Positions 28,601 through 43,600 of a stretch of DNA of 64,000 nt are shown in pieces. Origin of the DNA: Phoronis australis (lineage: Eukaryota; Animalia; Phoronida). The position numbers and the translations under genes were made by a program. The notes below the pieces were generated by a model. That model worked only from the letters and a program-made list of their open reading frames with translations. It ran no database searches and was not told the origin of the DNA. The stretch's first letter is position 1. The number at the start of each line of letters is the position of its first letter. The stretch lies in contig NMRA01000053.1 of NCBI GenBank assembly GCA_002633005.1, positions 590,151 to 654,150 on the forward strand. Reading direction: 5' to 3'.

Positions 28601-31600
28601 ATCCCATATCTAACCTACTTTTCCAATAATCAGACACCCATTTTGTCAGTATCTTGGTGTCAGCATTGCAACTCAACATTTACGCGTCCGAAATAAGGCA
28701 AGTACCGTCCAATCCTTACCACATTTTATGGTGATTTAACACAAGATTCGGTATTTAGTGAAGTACAGTAATAATCTAACAATGCCACAAAGAAACGCAA
28801 GTCAGTCAGATCAAACAAGCAATGTCTTCCGTGATGTTCTACTTAGTCAACTACGGTTATTGGCGGATATGAAGGCGTAGCCGAAGTCAAATTCAGTTTC
28901 TTTGATAATAACATTCGTCACGTTTCATAAACAACTATCAACGAACTTGGTAGATATTGAGACATTTGCAAAATTCGCAAAAGACATAATTGTCAGTATA
29001 GGACCATGAGACAAAATTGTCACTATAGGACCACGAGACAACTACTACGCTAACAGTGGGGGGGGGGGGNNNGGGGGGGGGGGGAGTTGTTACCTCAACG
29101 CCTAAGAGAACAAAAGTCAGACTGTGACTAACCAGTCCTAATCTATTACCCAATTAACGCGCGTGGCTTATCCGCGCTGTTACAATGTCAGAATAAATAT
29201 TGATTAAGTAATTAGTAAGAATAGATCTATTTTAAGTTGCCTGAAATTTGTGCATATGTACTTTTAAATCATGGGGTCAGACTTGTTGACATGTACTTTA
29301 ACGTCATAATCTATTTTTAGATGGTGTTTACAACTTTGGGTTCTGGGGTCAAAGTACTCTAGAGATTCTAGAAAATTCTGAGAACAAATTGTAACAACCA
29401 ATAATGTGATTGGATATGATCATGTGGTTTTTATTATATTATGGGCTGAAATCAACAAGATAATTAGATGCGCTATAGTAGTTGAAGCATAAAGACTTGC
29501 TACGGTGTACAGAAACAATTGTACGACAGAGCCATCTCGTGGAAGATTCTAGAAAGGATCTTGGCAAGGGCAAGGGTTAACGAACAGGAAGTTAACTAAG
29601 AGCTTGTCACTACCTGAAGTGTTGCGTCAACAGCAAGAGACTGTGACCAGCAAGAAGAATCGCGGGTAGAAGAAATTGCTTGCAAGTGTTGCATCACCAG
29701 AGACGGTGACCAACAAGTACACTGTCGCTATACAGTGTGTGTGTAGTTCGAAGATTCACCAACAGGACAGTAATCCAACAAGTGGAGAGTCATAGCTTGG
29801 ATATCAGATAAGACATTTGATTGTTTTGGTTGTTTTATTAAAGTAATCTTTAAAGAGGGCGCTAGCGTAGTTACTCTTTGTAGTTGATAACTTAATTAAC
29901 AATAGGTTTCATTTGTCTAATTAGGGGTTATCATATAATAAATTAATTACTGGATTTGATTATTCACTCTCCATCTACGCACAATCTCAAAGCATAGCTA
30001 CCTTTTAAACAAACCCACAGTCAAATCTCTGACATACAAAAAACCTCTTCTCTAATTTCTCTTACAATACATTGATTTAAAAGAGTGGAAGACGGATAAA
30101 ATGTATTTTCCAGTTTTAAACACAGTCATGTTGGTTGCATGTCTTCATTATTATTCGGTTTTTGACTTCTCGCGCGTTAAACAGGCGCGTTAGTCTTAAT
30201 CCAGTTATCCCCATACTACTACTTACGGTTTCGCTTCTTTTTGAGACTTCAAAAAACTAAGCGAAGATATTTTCAAAACCGTTTCTCTATATACTATGAA
30301 TCTGGATTTATTTTAACATCGATCTCTTTTTATGCCGCATTCGTCAGTGAAATCACTGTCGACGAAATGCCGGCCACAGACACGGAGATGTTCCACGGCC
30401 TCATACTTGGCATTGACTGTGTACATTTCATTCTTCACTGCCGCGAGCCACTTCCAATTAGCATTTTGGGATCTCGAGGAAATCGATATACCCACTTTCC
30501 TCGCAGCTTCATAGTTCGCACATGCGGGAACAATACACCACACCATAGCGGCACTCACACTGCTGAAGAGTCACTGACGTCGCTGCGTCGTTTGCTCACA
30601 TTCTTCACAGGTTAACGCGACACCTCTCGGCGAGGTAAGATCGACCGTATACGAGGTGATGTGGATTTTGACCGATTAAGACGGTAAAATAGACTAATTA
30701 AATCGGGTGGCATTCTCCTTTAAGTTAGCAGCGCGAAGATTATGTTTGGATCTCGTATTGTTGGTTACGGTTATGGATTGAAAAATAGATAGAATGACGA
30801 GTAGTTCACACAGTTTAGTGATTATGTATGCTGAGACCCTCCGACGTACGGTTGCTCGTACTCCATTGTTCACAACTGTTTAAATTGCGTCTCAAATTTT
30901 ATTCATTTCAAAAATGGCTTTTTCAAATTTTGTGGTGATCTCAGTATTTTCTTTGGGAAATCTTTTTCTGTATGGTATGGTATACGTTGAGGTTATTGAA
31001 GGCGATAGCATAGGAATATTGTGGGTTGCACAAGGATGCCTCAGTTTGTTGGGGGCTTCTCTAGCAACGATTGAATTTAGATATACCAATTGTAATTCAT
31101 GAGTTAAGCGCTCATTGTTGTGTATTATTTCATGATATAACTCAAAATGTCTTTAAGTATTGGGTAACTGGGGTCACAGCCGGCAAGTCGTTGACAAACT
31201 GAGTTTCAGTTTGCAGCGTGTCAGAATATTTTGTAGCAAACTAAGGCGCTTGGTATTGTATTAAGAGAAATAACAACAGGGCAGAGATATGAAAGCTAGG
31301 ACAGACGAGTGCTAGAACGTGTATGAATGTTTTTCGAATATTGAAATCGTTAAAAGAATTATCCATTAAAGCTGCTTTGTTAGGGTAAGGGATTCAAAGT
31401 TCTAGGTAGAGGTCTGTGTGATATTCAGGAGAAATTGGATTTTTAAGTAGTTTGTTTTTCTCGGATATTGAAGTTGGAATGAATAAAATGAGTCTAATAA
31501 TAGTAAGAATTAACATTCGATCACTGGCGATAAAATTACGCATACATTGGTTTTTCAAAACCCCTGTAAGTCTCTTATTCTAAATCATATCAGGATAAAG

Positions 31601-34600
31601 AAATAACTCGAACCGATTGGTTCAAAACTGCTTAAGGTGAAAATACAAAAAGTTTTACAAGCATTGCAGAGCGTAGTTTAAGCCTTAACGAAGTTCATTT
31701 TAATTAATGACAATCTCCGCACCTAAGATATAATGCAAGATATAAAGATGTGCTTGTTATTGAAAATCAAGTTAACTTTATATTTAGAAATACTTTGCGG
31801 ACTTATTTGTAAAATCGTGATTTTACATTGCAGAGCCGATAGGGAACTCAATATATTATCTGATTTCGAAACAAACCATTCTCAGCCACCTCCTTCTGGG
31901 CTTCAGTTAATGCTTCCACCATAGGCGTGCCACCTCCTTGACTAAGAATATCTGGAAGTTAAACAGGCAACATTTAAAATTTTGACATACGTGCAAAATA
32001 GGTTTAGAGCTGACGAGTTTTATTCGTTATTTCATGTCATGTTTTAGTTGCCTTTGGCAACTGACGTCTGGCGAGGCTTCACATGTAAGAAAATCAGATA
32101 GCTGATCGGACGTCAGATGTCCTTCTGGCCAGATAGAATGTGAACACCGTACAAAATGTACACCAACCGTTGCATTTTAAGTTGTGAAGATGCGATTATT
32201 TTTCTTAGAAACCGCACATACTGCACTCAACCCAATCAGGTGAACAAAATTAGCTTCAGCTAAGACTTCTATTTTGTGTTCTGGTATCAGGTTGATATTA
32301 TATCGCCTCATCTGCACTTTTCAACACACTGTTATGCTGAAAGGAAAACTTGAGTTACACAGGCATCATGATAAAGTAAAAAACGATAACGTTGAAGCTT
32401 TGTCTTACCTGGTATCCGATAAAGACCTTTGTAATTACAAGTCAATGACTGCAGGCGTTCAGCAGTCCCACCAAAAGTTACAATACCGACATTTTCCTTA
32501 AGATTGTATAGTTCCTCGGTTCGTTGCATGTCTGGAACGAGAAAAACAACAAGGTGAAGATATGTCGCATCGAGGCAAGATACTGATCCAAACATACTTA
32601 AACAAGAGGAACAGAGAACTTTGATATGTGCCCACCGTATTCATCGCATGCAGTACATATACATAGGATAATCATTGCCACTGAAGTGACTGATACTAGA
32701 AACTTTAAACTAGCCTCTAGGAGGCACAAACCACCGAGGGTTAATCACTTAGTAACCGAAAAATATTATTACTATCTACATGTCTAAGGTTTTAGTTCTA
32801 CTTTGCAGTAGGTGGCACAGGCGAATCCAGTCAAAAAGATACATTTGTAGTGGCGTACGTAAGTGGTTTCCCACAAAAACGTTCTCTGCTCGTTCCTGTC
32901 AGTGTGAAAAAAAGTCTTTGCCCCAATTTAATTTAGTAAAGTAACCGACAGCAAGTCCAGTACCTTTCATTGGTCAAGTTTCAGAGAAGTCAATGAACTC
33001 ATCACGTTCAAAATCACCAGGAGCTACCGATGCGTCCAAAAAACAGTTCCCTGTCCTACAGATAGCAAATTCATAGAGGTAACACTTCTAAGGGTCACTT
33101 CCAGGGGACACCAATGCCTTGTGGAACAATCTAGGTTCATGCGTGACCAAATTGCGTCCCGTGGTCCAACTACTTTTAACCAGAACATCAGTCACGTAAG
33201 GTGACGTATATGAACTTCGCGTTGCTTTGATTCTTATAATGTACTTGAGACGTACCGCCTATCCATAAATTATGATTGAAGCAAGATTGCTCCCACTGAG
33301 TACACCACGGTTGAAATCAATAAGAATTGCTTATTTGCATATGTGTAGCTCACATTAATTGCAAAATTTTATTATCTATTCCCCGTCATGTTGGCCTGTA
33401 AAGATGGTTAGTGGCGAACGCCTTGGTAGGCAAGCCAAGAATAAGTTACAGTCCTTTGTCAAATATTTTGTACCATAATACAATGCTATGCATTTCTGTC
33501 TAGCGCTGTCTGAGTTCATGGCATGATTTCATCTTAGTAGCACAAGTAAACTAAATTAGTTTCCCACCCTGTGACTCGTGTGTTGTCGCCAATGCCCATT
33601 GTGTCGTTTTTTTTTTCTTCAAAGCATTGGCCGGTAACGACTGTGTGTTTAAATTTGTCTTCAAGCGCAAAACGCAATACGACAAAGAACCAATATTTGT
33701 TTTATGGACCTTAAGTACTAGTCCACGAGAGCACCAGCCATGAGCGGCAAGGTGGGGGTCAGCCGATTTTCACCAAATTTGGCACATAGGTAGTCCTATC
33801 GGATCTATAAACAGCGGTAAAATATTTCCTCAAAATATTGCGTTTTTTTAAAGTTATAGGTCAAACACATTTTACGGCTTCGCAGCCATGTTTTCACGGT
33901 ATAAAAACTGTCCAGTTTTAACTGTTCATATTTTTCCTTGAATGAAAGCTATTGATTTATTATTCACTGGGCATTGTTTAGTGGTGCCTGTTGATTGTTA
34001 CACAGATGTCTTGAAACACGATTCCGATTTACCACCATCATTTAGTAGTTTTACTACACTCCCCCCCGTTATGCCATTTTGAGGTTGTGTTCAGTACACT
34101 GCTGTACCAAATCTGCCCCCACTGTTATGAGAATGAAACTTAGCCAAAATGTTGACAAAACATGTTACTTTCATTTCATAAAATAAAAACTTTGTCAGCC
34201 AGTTTATTAGTTATATGTTTTGGCACCTCAAATGTACTAAAATGAGAAATTTTCATATAACTGAAATCGATGCGTGAGCACCGTAAAATCCGATTGTCCT
34301 TCATGTTTTTCGATATTTTGCAACAAGTTAGTTCCTCCTGAATGTTTTGAACGTTTTACTACTGATCACTTAGGGCTGTAGTACCCCTAAATACCATACA
34401 TGGCTCCATTTTGTAAAAAGCCGATTATGTCCTCCACAGTGAACAGGGTTAGACATGAACTCGACAAATGTAGGTTACATGTATTTTGATTTACATTTAC
34501 AGTTACTTTGCAATTTCCTCATGGGTATTTCTTCACACATATTCAAGTCAGATTTTCTGTTGATCAAATGTTCATGTAATGCATTGTAATATCAAATGAG

Positions 34601-37600
34601 TGATAAGTTAGGTTGCATGACCGCAATTTTTCCCACGACTTAAAACAAAAGACCGCAGAAATTTTCCTGACGAAATACCGGGTTTGCAGTTCTGTTAAAA
34701 CATTCGAATGACAAGACAAACTCCACCACTGTCCATGGCAACTCGTCGCATGTTTTTTTCCCATCGGTCCTATCATTGTTTTCCTTCGCTGTGTCATTGT
34801 TAGATGTAACAACACAGGTCGCATGGATATAGAACCTTGCGTACATCAGACCGTTGCCGATAAGTGCTCGTCATATCTTTATTATAACAACGGAAACAAT
34901 GAAGATGCTAATTTATTGTTCTCTATGCGACCAGGTTTCCAGTGGATGACCACAGAAGAGGAATCCCAAAGTACCCCCAACCAATTACCACGCACCTTAG
35001 TAACTATTACCGCGCACACGAATCCTTTCCGTGGAACCTGAACACCAAATTTTTATATCCGTGTATTGTGTTGTATTGCTCATGGTACGGGTTCAGACTC
35101 TGTTGTATTAAGATTCCAATCCCCAACCCTGTAATATGTAGTTTGAGTAAAATTTCTAGACAATGCAGGTTTATGGATTTATTCTCCTTCAAATGAAGAG
35201 TAAAAATCAAATTCTGCACAGGTTTTTTAAAAGCAATCACTTATTGGAAGATCACATATCTAAAAAATAAAACCATGTTTGACAATTTTATTCATTATCT
35301 TATTTGAAAATTGCCTACCTCACAGACAATTCATCTAAGTTGAAAATATTCCTTGTGAAAAAATATAAAATACCAACCAGAGACTTGCATACTACAAAAT
35401 ATGTTTTCGTAATACAATGCAAAGATAACTGTACAGTCAAAAGTGCAAATGTTATGACTCTAATAAAAATTGCCTTCTAGATCTTTTCAACACTCTAATT
35501 GCTACAGGACAGAGTCAACCACACAAAGCTCATGAAGTCAGGGAATTACATTTAAGGTGATGTAGTCTCACTGCGAAAAAGTGATTTCGCAATATCGCTG
35601 ACAACACTGGAAATCTCTTCTTCACAAACTTGAGATAGCTGTATTTACCACATCAATGTTCTTATCAAAACTAACCACCACAAAATGAAAAATTGGCTTG
35701 TTGGTTCCAATTAAGCAGCATTTTACAATGAAATGGTCATGAAAAAATACTTTTGCAACACGGTTTGCATTATAATTGCCCTACGATTACAGTTGTACAT
35801 ACATACTATACCCAGTAACAAAATTACCCATGGGAACCATAAAATGGTCAATTCGCCAAAAAAACAAGGAGCCACCAGAGCTAATGTGCCACTACTTTTC
35901 AGTACTACAACAAAAAATCATTTGAAGTGGACATAAACTCGCCTAAAATCACATAAAACAACTTTTGATTTAGACATTTTACCATCACGAAATAGGTATT
36001 ACTTCCAGGTCACTTTGAGCAATTTCAGAACTTTGAAAGATCTGGCAATATGCAATTGCTACCACACTAATAATGTGCGATTTTATACACACAGCATGGT
36101 CTCAAGGAATAGCAAACTGTCAATTCGCTACAATTCCAGAAATCACTTCCCATCTGGATAAGGAACAAACTGAGCAAAGTTTATAGAGGTAAATGGTCTA
36201 AATCAAAACTTATTACATCCTGGACAGAATATGGGTTTACAACCCAGGCAGAAAGATAAGTTAACAAAACCAGCCTAACTGCAACAGGGTCTCAAATTTC
36301 AGTAATATATACCCATATACAAACAAAAATCTACAATGGTAAATAAAATGCGGAAACATAAATTCAGATCAATTACGCATCTTCAAGGAAAAGAAATAGT
36401 ACAGAGGTCAGAAATCATCTAAATGTGATGGCGACACTGAGTAATCCTGTCAGACCAAAAAATCCAGTGGCTAAACAAAATGAACAATGTACCATTACCA
36501 TGTGGCCCAGGATCATAATCCGTGCCTGGACAAAAACTCAGTCTTAGACTAGGTAAATTTTAGACTTGTGCTGTTCACACAAGCAGTTCTGGTGCAAACA
36601 AAGCTTGCGACAACACACAAGCCTACTTCCCTACACAGCTGTGCTGATACAATAATGCCCCCACTGGATTTAGCANATTTGGTCAAAAATGACTCATTCC
36701 ACAGCAAGAAATTGCCTCATTTTGCCCCCAAGAACACTTCCCATGTATCTCCTAAACCACCAAACTTTGTGGTGTCATACTTCACCCATTTTCTCTCATC
36801 CCTAATGTGATTTATCAGACTAAACATAGATCTGAATGGTTGACCCCCCGCCTTGCCGCTTTTTGGCTGTACAGTGGTCGGTGGATCCGTGGACTGATAC
36901 TTAATTACACTTTCGATTCGCGCATAACAGGCTCAAAACAACGCTTCAATTTCTGGTATTTCCAGTTTTCATCATATCAAAAAGGTGCCTGCAGCATAAT
37001 AAGAGTAAAGAAATTTCTAGAGAAATAGCAATGAGAGACAGTACGGCAGCAAAATATTAATTTTGGCATGAGTTTCTTTATGAACGCCTATCATCTCATA
37101 ACACTTACCGGAAACCAAAGTCCTGAATGCTTGTCTCACATGCTTAAAACCTTCCTCGCCCATGCTGTCCGAACAATCGATGCAGAAAACGGTACCCAGT
37201 TCATCTGATTTAGCCCATGGTTCCGTATCTTGAAAAACATTTATCAAGTTATTTTAAAAACATCTAAAATAGACAGATACAGAGTCGTGTTGTTTTTCTT
37301 TTCTTGCCCCAACAAAATGGCCATCACAATTAAAAACAAGCTTAAAAGCTTGTACATGAAAGAGTAAATAAAAACGTAAAAACCGCAGAACTGCTATTTG
37401 TTATTTTAGTGATTTTTTCAGTTAACCAGTCTGATTTCACAGACATGTTCAATACTCTGGTGAAAACGAAAGAAACAGAATCTTTCATACCAAGTGTATT
37501 TCTTTCCTCGAGTTTTGTAGCCCACTTAAGATGCATGTCGAGAACAAATGGATTACTGCAATGACGATAACTCAGACACAAAGCAACTGTACTACAGCAG

Positions 37601-40600
37601 CACATTTTCAGCGACGTGTTTTAAATGTATTTCATTGAACCTAATACCGCATAAGGTGGCATTACCAAAACGGGTACCGAACCGTTGCGACGCCCTTCGA
37701 GCGTTACTAAGAGATCTCTGGTCGTTTCAAGGTGGGTTGCGTTCCATAGACGCAATAGTCTTGCAAAAAACTAAGGTCACACAAGACTTCCCAAAATCAC
37801 TTTAATAAAAGGCTAGTGTTGTGCGAGTATGTTCAAGCGTATGGTGTACCATGGACAGTTCCGACCTAATATTTTCACTTAAGTGCGACAAATAGGCACA
37901 TCAAAACCTCTAGCATGCGTCAAAAGAGAATTGAGTTTTCAAAATTTTGTGGGAGAGCTCCTCAGACCACCTGCGGGAGGGAATATCCCTCCCATAGCCT
38001 GCACGCTGCCCACTTCGTTGACCATTTGTCAATCAATCTGAAAATGCTTCCGACGTCACTGCATAAACTAGCAAAATCAGGGCAATTGAAGTGTTTTGTC
38101 GGTGAGGTTGTGATCATAAATTATTCACTGATTCTGTTGCATAAGTGACAGTTTCTCGCTGATATTGCTTTATTAGGGTCTTCAGCCAACAGTCGAAACC
38201 TAAGTACCTAGGTAGCTGTTTCACGTTCTGCAAATGTGCAATACAAGTACATAAAACCATTTTATGGTTTCTATTGCAACCTTTGTTTGTGGAACACAGA
38301 TGGCAGACTGCAATATAGCGACACAGTGTGCATATTCTTCTCTTTAAACAAATAAATAAAAACATATTGCATCATGATAGTAGAGTGTGACCCACGATAC
38401 TGGGCATGGTATAATAGAAAACTTAACAGTATACACCTTATATGGTTGACAACAATTTGTAAATCTTTCGCTAGGGAGGCGTCACTGGTCACGCAAAGCA
38501 GTATGGGTAATATTTTGGTTCATTGTGAGAATGGTACCTGGTAGAGGACGTGTCATTGAAAAAGCTACAATTATTGTTCCCATGGCGAAATCATTTGAGG
38601 TGTATAATTTGACGCAAACAAAAAGCAAAAAATTAGCTAGAGATCGGTTCCATAGTCCAAGGGGCCAAGAGTCCCAAATGAAATTTGCTTTTTGGTCAAT
38701 AGAATGGTCGATAGTACGAAGGGCCGATAGCCCTCACTTTATCTAACATATCTATTTACCATTTTACCACCTTCGTGAACTTATTGATTTACGATAGGTT
38801 GAAGCTTCCAACTTCAGAATGCCTGATTGCTACCGATTAGTCTTGCAAAAAAGGTTGTCATCTCGATGTGTCCAGGGTTCTAAGTGCCCCGTTTTATGTA
38901 TATCGGGTCCAAATGACCATTTTGAGTTGTCTAGGTCGCGAACGACGATCTCATGTTGATTTTTTGGCTGGCCGAGCGCTGACCAGAGACACATAGAATC
39001 CGGTGTGAACGCAGCCATTATACCCCTGCAGAAATTGTCCAGCTTGCATGTATTTGAATGAAGCATCCGGGTAATCAACTGAATAATGCGTATGCTGGCA
39101 TTCAAACACATGCAGCCAGGACATTCCCCACAGGGGGACAATCACAACTACCACACCGGGACACATAAAACCCGGCATACATACATGTAGAACCCCGTGC
39201 GATGCACAAAAATGGACATATAGAACCGAGACGCATAGAGCCCCGATATGCATAAAACGGGACACAAAGAACCCGGGACACATCGGGATGACCCCGACGA
39301 ACTCTATACGAATCCTTGTTGTTTTTAACTATGTGGGATCGACAAGACAGGTTTTAATTGTTAATGGAACATTATTCTAAGTTGTTGCATATGGTGTGCC
39401 AAGCAGGTAACTTCTTTCCGAATGAATGTCACAATTCTATCGGCGGTTTTCAGAAAAAAAAAACACTTACTCGAAATTAAAGCAGGTCTTACCTTAAGCT
39501 AAATAAACAAAAACACAAAAATACCTGATTACATTGATTGGATGAAGAATGATCAGATATGCATATAAACAAAATTGCATAAATTCATACAAAAACGTTT
39601 CAGTTATAACTCAGTGCTGACAAATAATGCAGGACAACAATTTTAGAAGTGTCGTGTTATTTTGTCTGTGAGCACTAACAATGGTTTGGAAAATTTACCA
39701 AAACGTTTGTTTGTATATATCTGTGTAAGTGTGTTAATTAAAGCGTTCATCATCACCTTCCCGTTGTCCACTTGGCCTAAGGCACAGGTTATACAAGTCC
39801 AAAATTGTTTTGTGACGGAAGGCGTATTTATATCCTATTTAAAACAGAAGCTAAACTTGTACATGTTACACAAGAGTAAACAGCAAGTACCTTGTTTACT
39901 CAGCTGACCAGCTTTAGCTTTAGCACCGGCATCCTGCGGTACATGAGCGTACGCAGCACCACCGTCGTTGTTTTCCTCATCATTCTTGAAATCTGTTGCT
40001 TTGATTTCATCGAGCAATACATTTGGGGCTGTATCTGTAATTCCTTAGTAAAACCACGTGAATGACTGCATCCAGTTTGGTCAAATGTTCATATTATGCT
40101 TTTGTTTTATTGTATCTATATATTCCAAATTAAAGTAATATTGGGAAAACACGATTACATCGAGTTTATTGATAATTATGATTAAACAGGTAAGTATGAA
40201 CAAACGTAACAAACGTAAAATTTTCCGTTTTTTGATGACATTTTAAAGACTGATTCTGATTATCAAACCCAAACAGCACCCAGAAATCCTCCAACAAATT
40301 CACTAAAAAGAAATTTGAAACCGATTTTGAGGCCGGTGGAGGCCTAAATAGGTAGTTAGCAGGAACGTAATGAACGTTGTGATAACAAAATTCCTATTAA
40401 AAACGTTTGAGTTAGGACTTAAACCAGTCAGTGCTGACATACAGAATGATAGAAGATAACGATTTTAGAAGTGTGTCCTACGATTTTGTCTGTCAGCACT
40501 AACGACGGTTTGGGAAATTTACCAAGACTTTTGTTTATTAAAGCCTTCGCAGCACCACCGTCGTTGTTTTCTTCATCAATCTTGAACTCTGGTTTGATTC

Positions 40601-43600
40601 CATCTTGCCATACCTTTGAGGCTGGAACTGTAATGCGTTAGTAATACACAAGTAAATGGTTGCGTCCAACTTGGCCAAATGTTCATATTTTTGTTTTTGT
40701 TTTATTTTATCTTTATCCAGATTAAAGTAACATTGCGAAAACACGACTATATCGAGTTTGCTGGTAACTATAATTATACCACAATATTAGCCTCGAATGG
40801 CCGATACAACCGTGTAACAACCCAAATAGTTATCTCACTAGTGAGATAACATTTTGGCGGGAAACGAGGCCGGGTTCGAACCCGGACCGCAAGAGTTTCG
40901 GTCGTCGACTTTACCACCGTACCACTCAGCGGCTGACGTCATCGGACGTGAAAATAGAATACTTATGAGCACGCGCAACACTCGCATGCTCAACAAAGGG
41001 CACTGTACTGAGATTTATACGCTATGAAAAACAAGACGCACAATTTCCACGAAAACTATATTTTAATTCACTGAAATTTTTCTCTCATGTTCTCTCACTT
41101 GTAAATCACCGATCTCCAATTTGAATGCGGGTATCGTGTCGTCGGGATCCTTTGACTTGAGAATTATACTCTGTTACCAGTTAACTTTAACAGACAGTAG
41201 TTTCTCGGTCGAAGCTCAGTATGATAAAATGTGTAGTAAGCTATAATGGTTGCTAAACCTTAATTTATACATTCCCTTTATTTCTACTTATTTTAAATTT
41301 TCAATTGGTTTTGAGTAAAAGCATTATGTGACAAAGTTCACGACCTCCGACCCCGGGCCTCTGACATAGAAAGTAGTTACAAAGCAGAGGCGAGTCGATA
41401 AAAGGTAGATCGATTCATTGCAATGTTTCTTGTTCAGTATGTTGTATAAATAGATTATTGCATGTTCTCAGTCGTTATCCCCCTTATCTAGAGCCCTCGC
41501 GGATTTTGTACAATTATCGCCCGAGGGGCGTCAGCGCCTCGGGCGATAACGACTTCGCCATGTAATAATCTACATTTACACAAGTGAGTATCGACAAAGA
41601 AATGAATGTAAAATTTTCCATTTTTTGATGGAAAGTTAAAGACTGATTCTAAGTTAAAGTTCTTTTGTGGCAAAATAACATATAATTAAACAAAAGGTAA
41701 GAACTTCACGTTAATGTGTACAGAATGTGGATTATGAACTGCTTTAATATATTATTAGATTATTTTACCTTCTTTATCTTGTGGGATACTTCCACTGGAA
41801 AAGAAATACCATGAGTCAGAGGTAAGCGTGGGGGTAAGACTTGAGAGACGAAATGCATTATAAATGTCAGTTTCGAACTAGATCGTGTACTAGATAACGG
41901 GGTTAATACCCTTTATTTTTATAGCACGTTTACTACATCCCGCATATGTGAACATTTGGTAATTTTTTCAACTTTCATCGCAATTGTCTACGCGATGCCG
42001 CAGCCTTCGACCATTTCGTTAAATTGATTCGTCAGTATCACAATCAATAATGACAAACCATTCATTCCACAATCGCCCTCACCATTCCTGCTCTGTGTAT
42101 CTCCTTCAGGTCAATTGTTTCAAGGCAATTTAATTGCTTCAACATAAGAGTGGAGTAATTTTTGATCTGAATCGTGGCTAGATGATACAATCGTGAAATT
42201 TGGCACAGATTTAGACTTTGACTGAGTTTTTGAAAAAAATATTTATCCATCGAAACCTCAAACATGGCGGCCATTTTTTTCAAGATGTGAAGGTATTTAA
42301 TGACAAAATTGTCTCTTATACCTTGAGGTTACAGTCATTGTGTTTTTGCCTTCTTGAAATCAATTATTCCATCGTTTATTGATTTATGTCCAAACACTCT
42401 AGTTATGACACTTAATCATTAAGAAAAAATAACAGTGAAACAAAGAATCAATTGCCCTTGACATCAACTTGTTGTTCAGTGGTGTCAAATGTCCGACAAT
42501 TTGTTGCTTATGAATAAAAACGTACCTGAATTAAATTAAGTAAAATTCTATGTCACTATCAGTTTAGAGAATTTGGCCTTGCTTGAGGACCACATTTCAG
42601 TACCAGCTTTTCTAGACATGTGCCACAGCATACGGTAAAATTGGAAACACTCTGGGGTTGCCAGAGAAGTCCATGGCGGATGTTTTTCGTTCACAAATCA
42701 GCCACAGAATTTCCTTCAATGGCTACTGACGAAACCATAGATCTGGAATGCAAACTTCGATCTCGTTTCTGAGCATTAGCCGCCCGTGCCTGAATTTAGT
42801 TTGCATTCGTTTGTTCCGTTGTGGGGAGGTTGAATAAATGTCCACTTCCTTTGCTAAAGGTTGTAGGTTCGAGTCCCACTGAGGCACACCATTGAGTCAG
42901 CTCTTTAGCACCCCAGACAAAAGTAATACAAACGACTAGATAAGTCATTGTTGATATTATTTCAATGATTCAAAAGATTTCTGTTCTAATGGTGAACACG
43001 CAATCACGAGAGCAAATTTCCCGGGAAAGGACTAACTCCTTGTACCCACGAAGAACCGATACTCGAATATTTTACATGTCTGGCATGCTGTGTGGGATGA
43101 CTATAAGTCACTGACGATTGGTGCCAAAGACACGGATATTCTTGATGCATACACTATAAGCAGTAGGCAAGAGCGTGTGTGCGTGTGCGCGCGCGTGTGT
43201 ATGCATGAACGCTCGCGAGGGTGTGTATGTGTTAGGCCATAGTCCCAGCTCTCCTATCTTTCAGCTCCACGACTGCTTTTGGGGAGAAACGGGAACTTTG
43301 CATACTAGTCAGGTTTTTGTGTAATTTTGTTGGAAATTTAGGGGGAAAGTGGAAACTATACATTTTTGAAAATCTCATGGAATGACAAATCAGAAAATAA
43401 TTGATTCCATTTTTTGCGGCCATCTTGGCAGCCATCTTGGATTTTCAAAAATGGCGCCGGTAAAATGGATTTTGTCCAATATCTACACTTTTGGGTCTCT
43501 GTTGGTTTTTATGGCTACACCTGCATTTCTCAGGTCAAGGAATTGAGAATTTTAATTTCTTGGGCGCCATCTTAGCAGCCTTTTTTAAAATGGAGCCCGT

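Noticed and set aside
29088-29932. Possible solo LTR (TG..CA, TCTAGA-rich)
   Set aside because: No matching TSD or second copy in the window; adjacent to a poly-G/N assembly-uncertain tract.
39493-39498. Apparent 6-nt micro-exon (tttag|CTTAAG|gtaaga)
   Set aside because: In the required phase 1 it reads GCT TAA (stop), so it is not part of the coding model; at most a poison exon, with no support.
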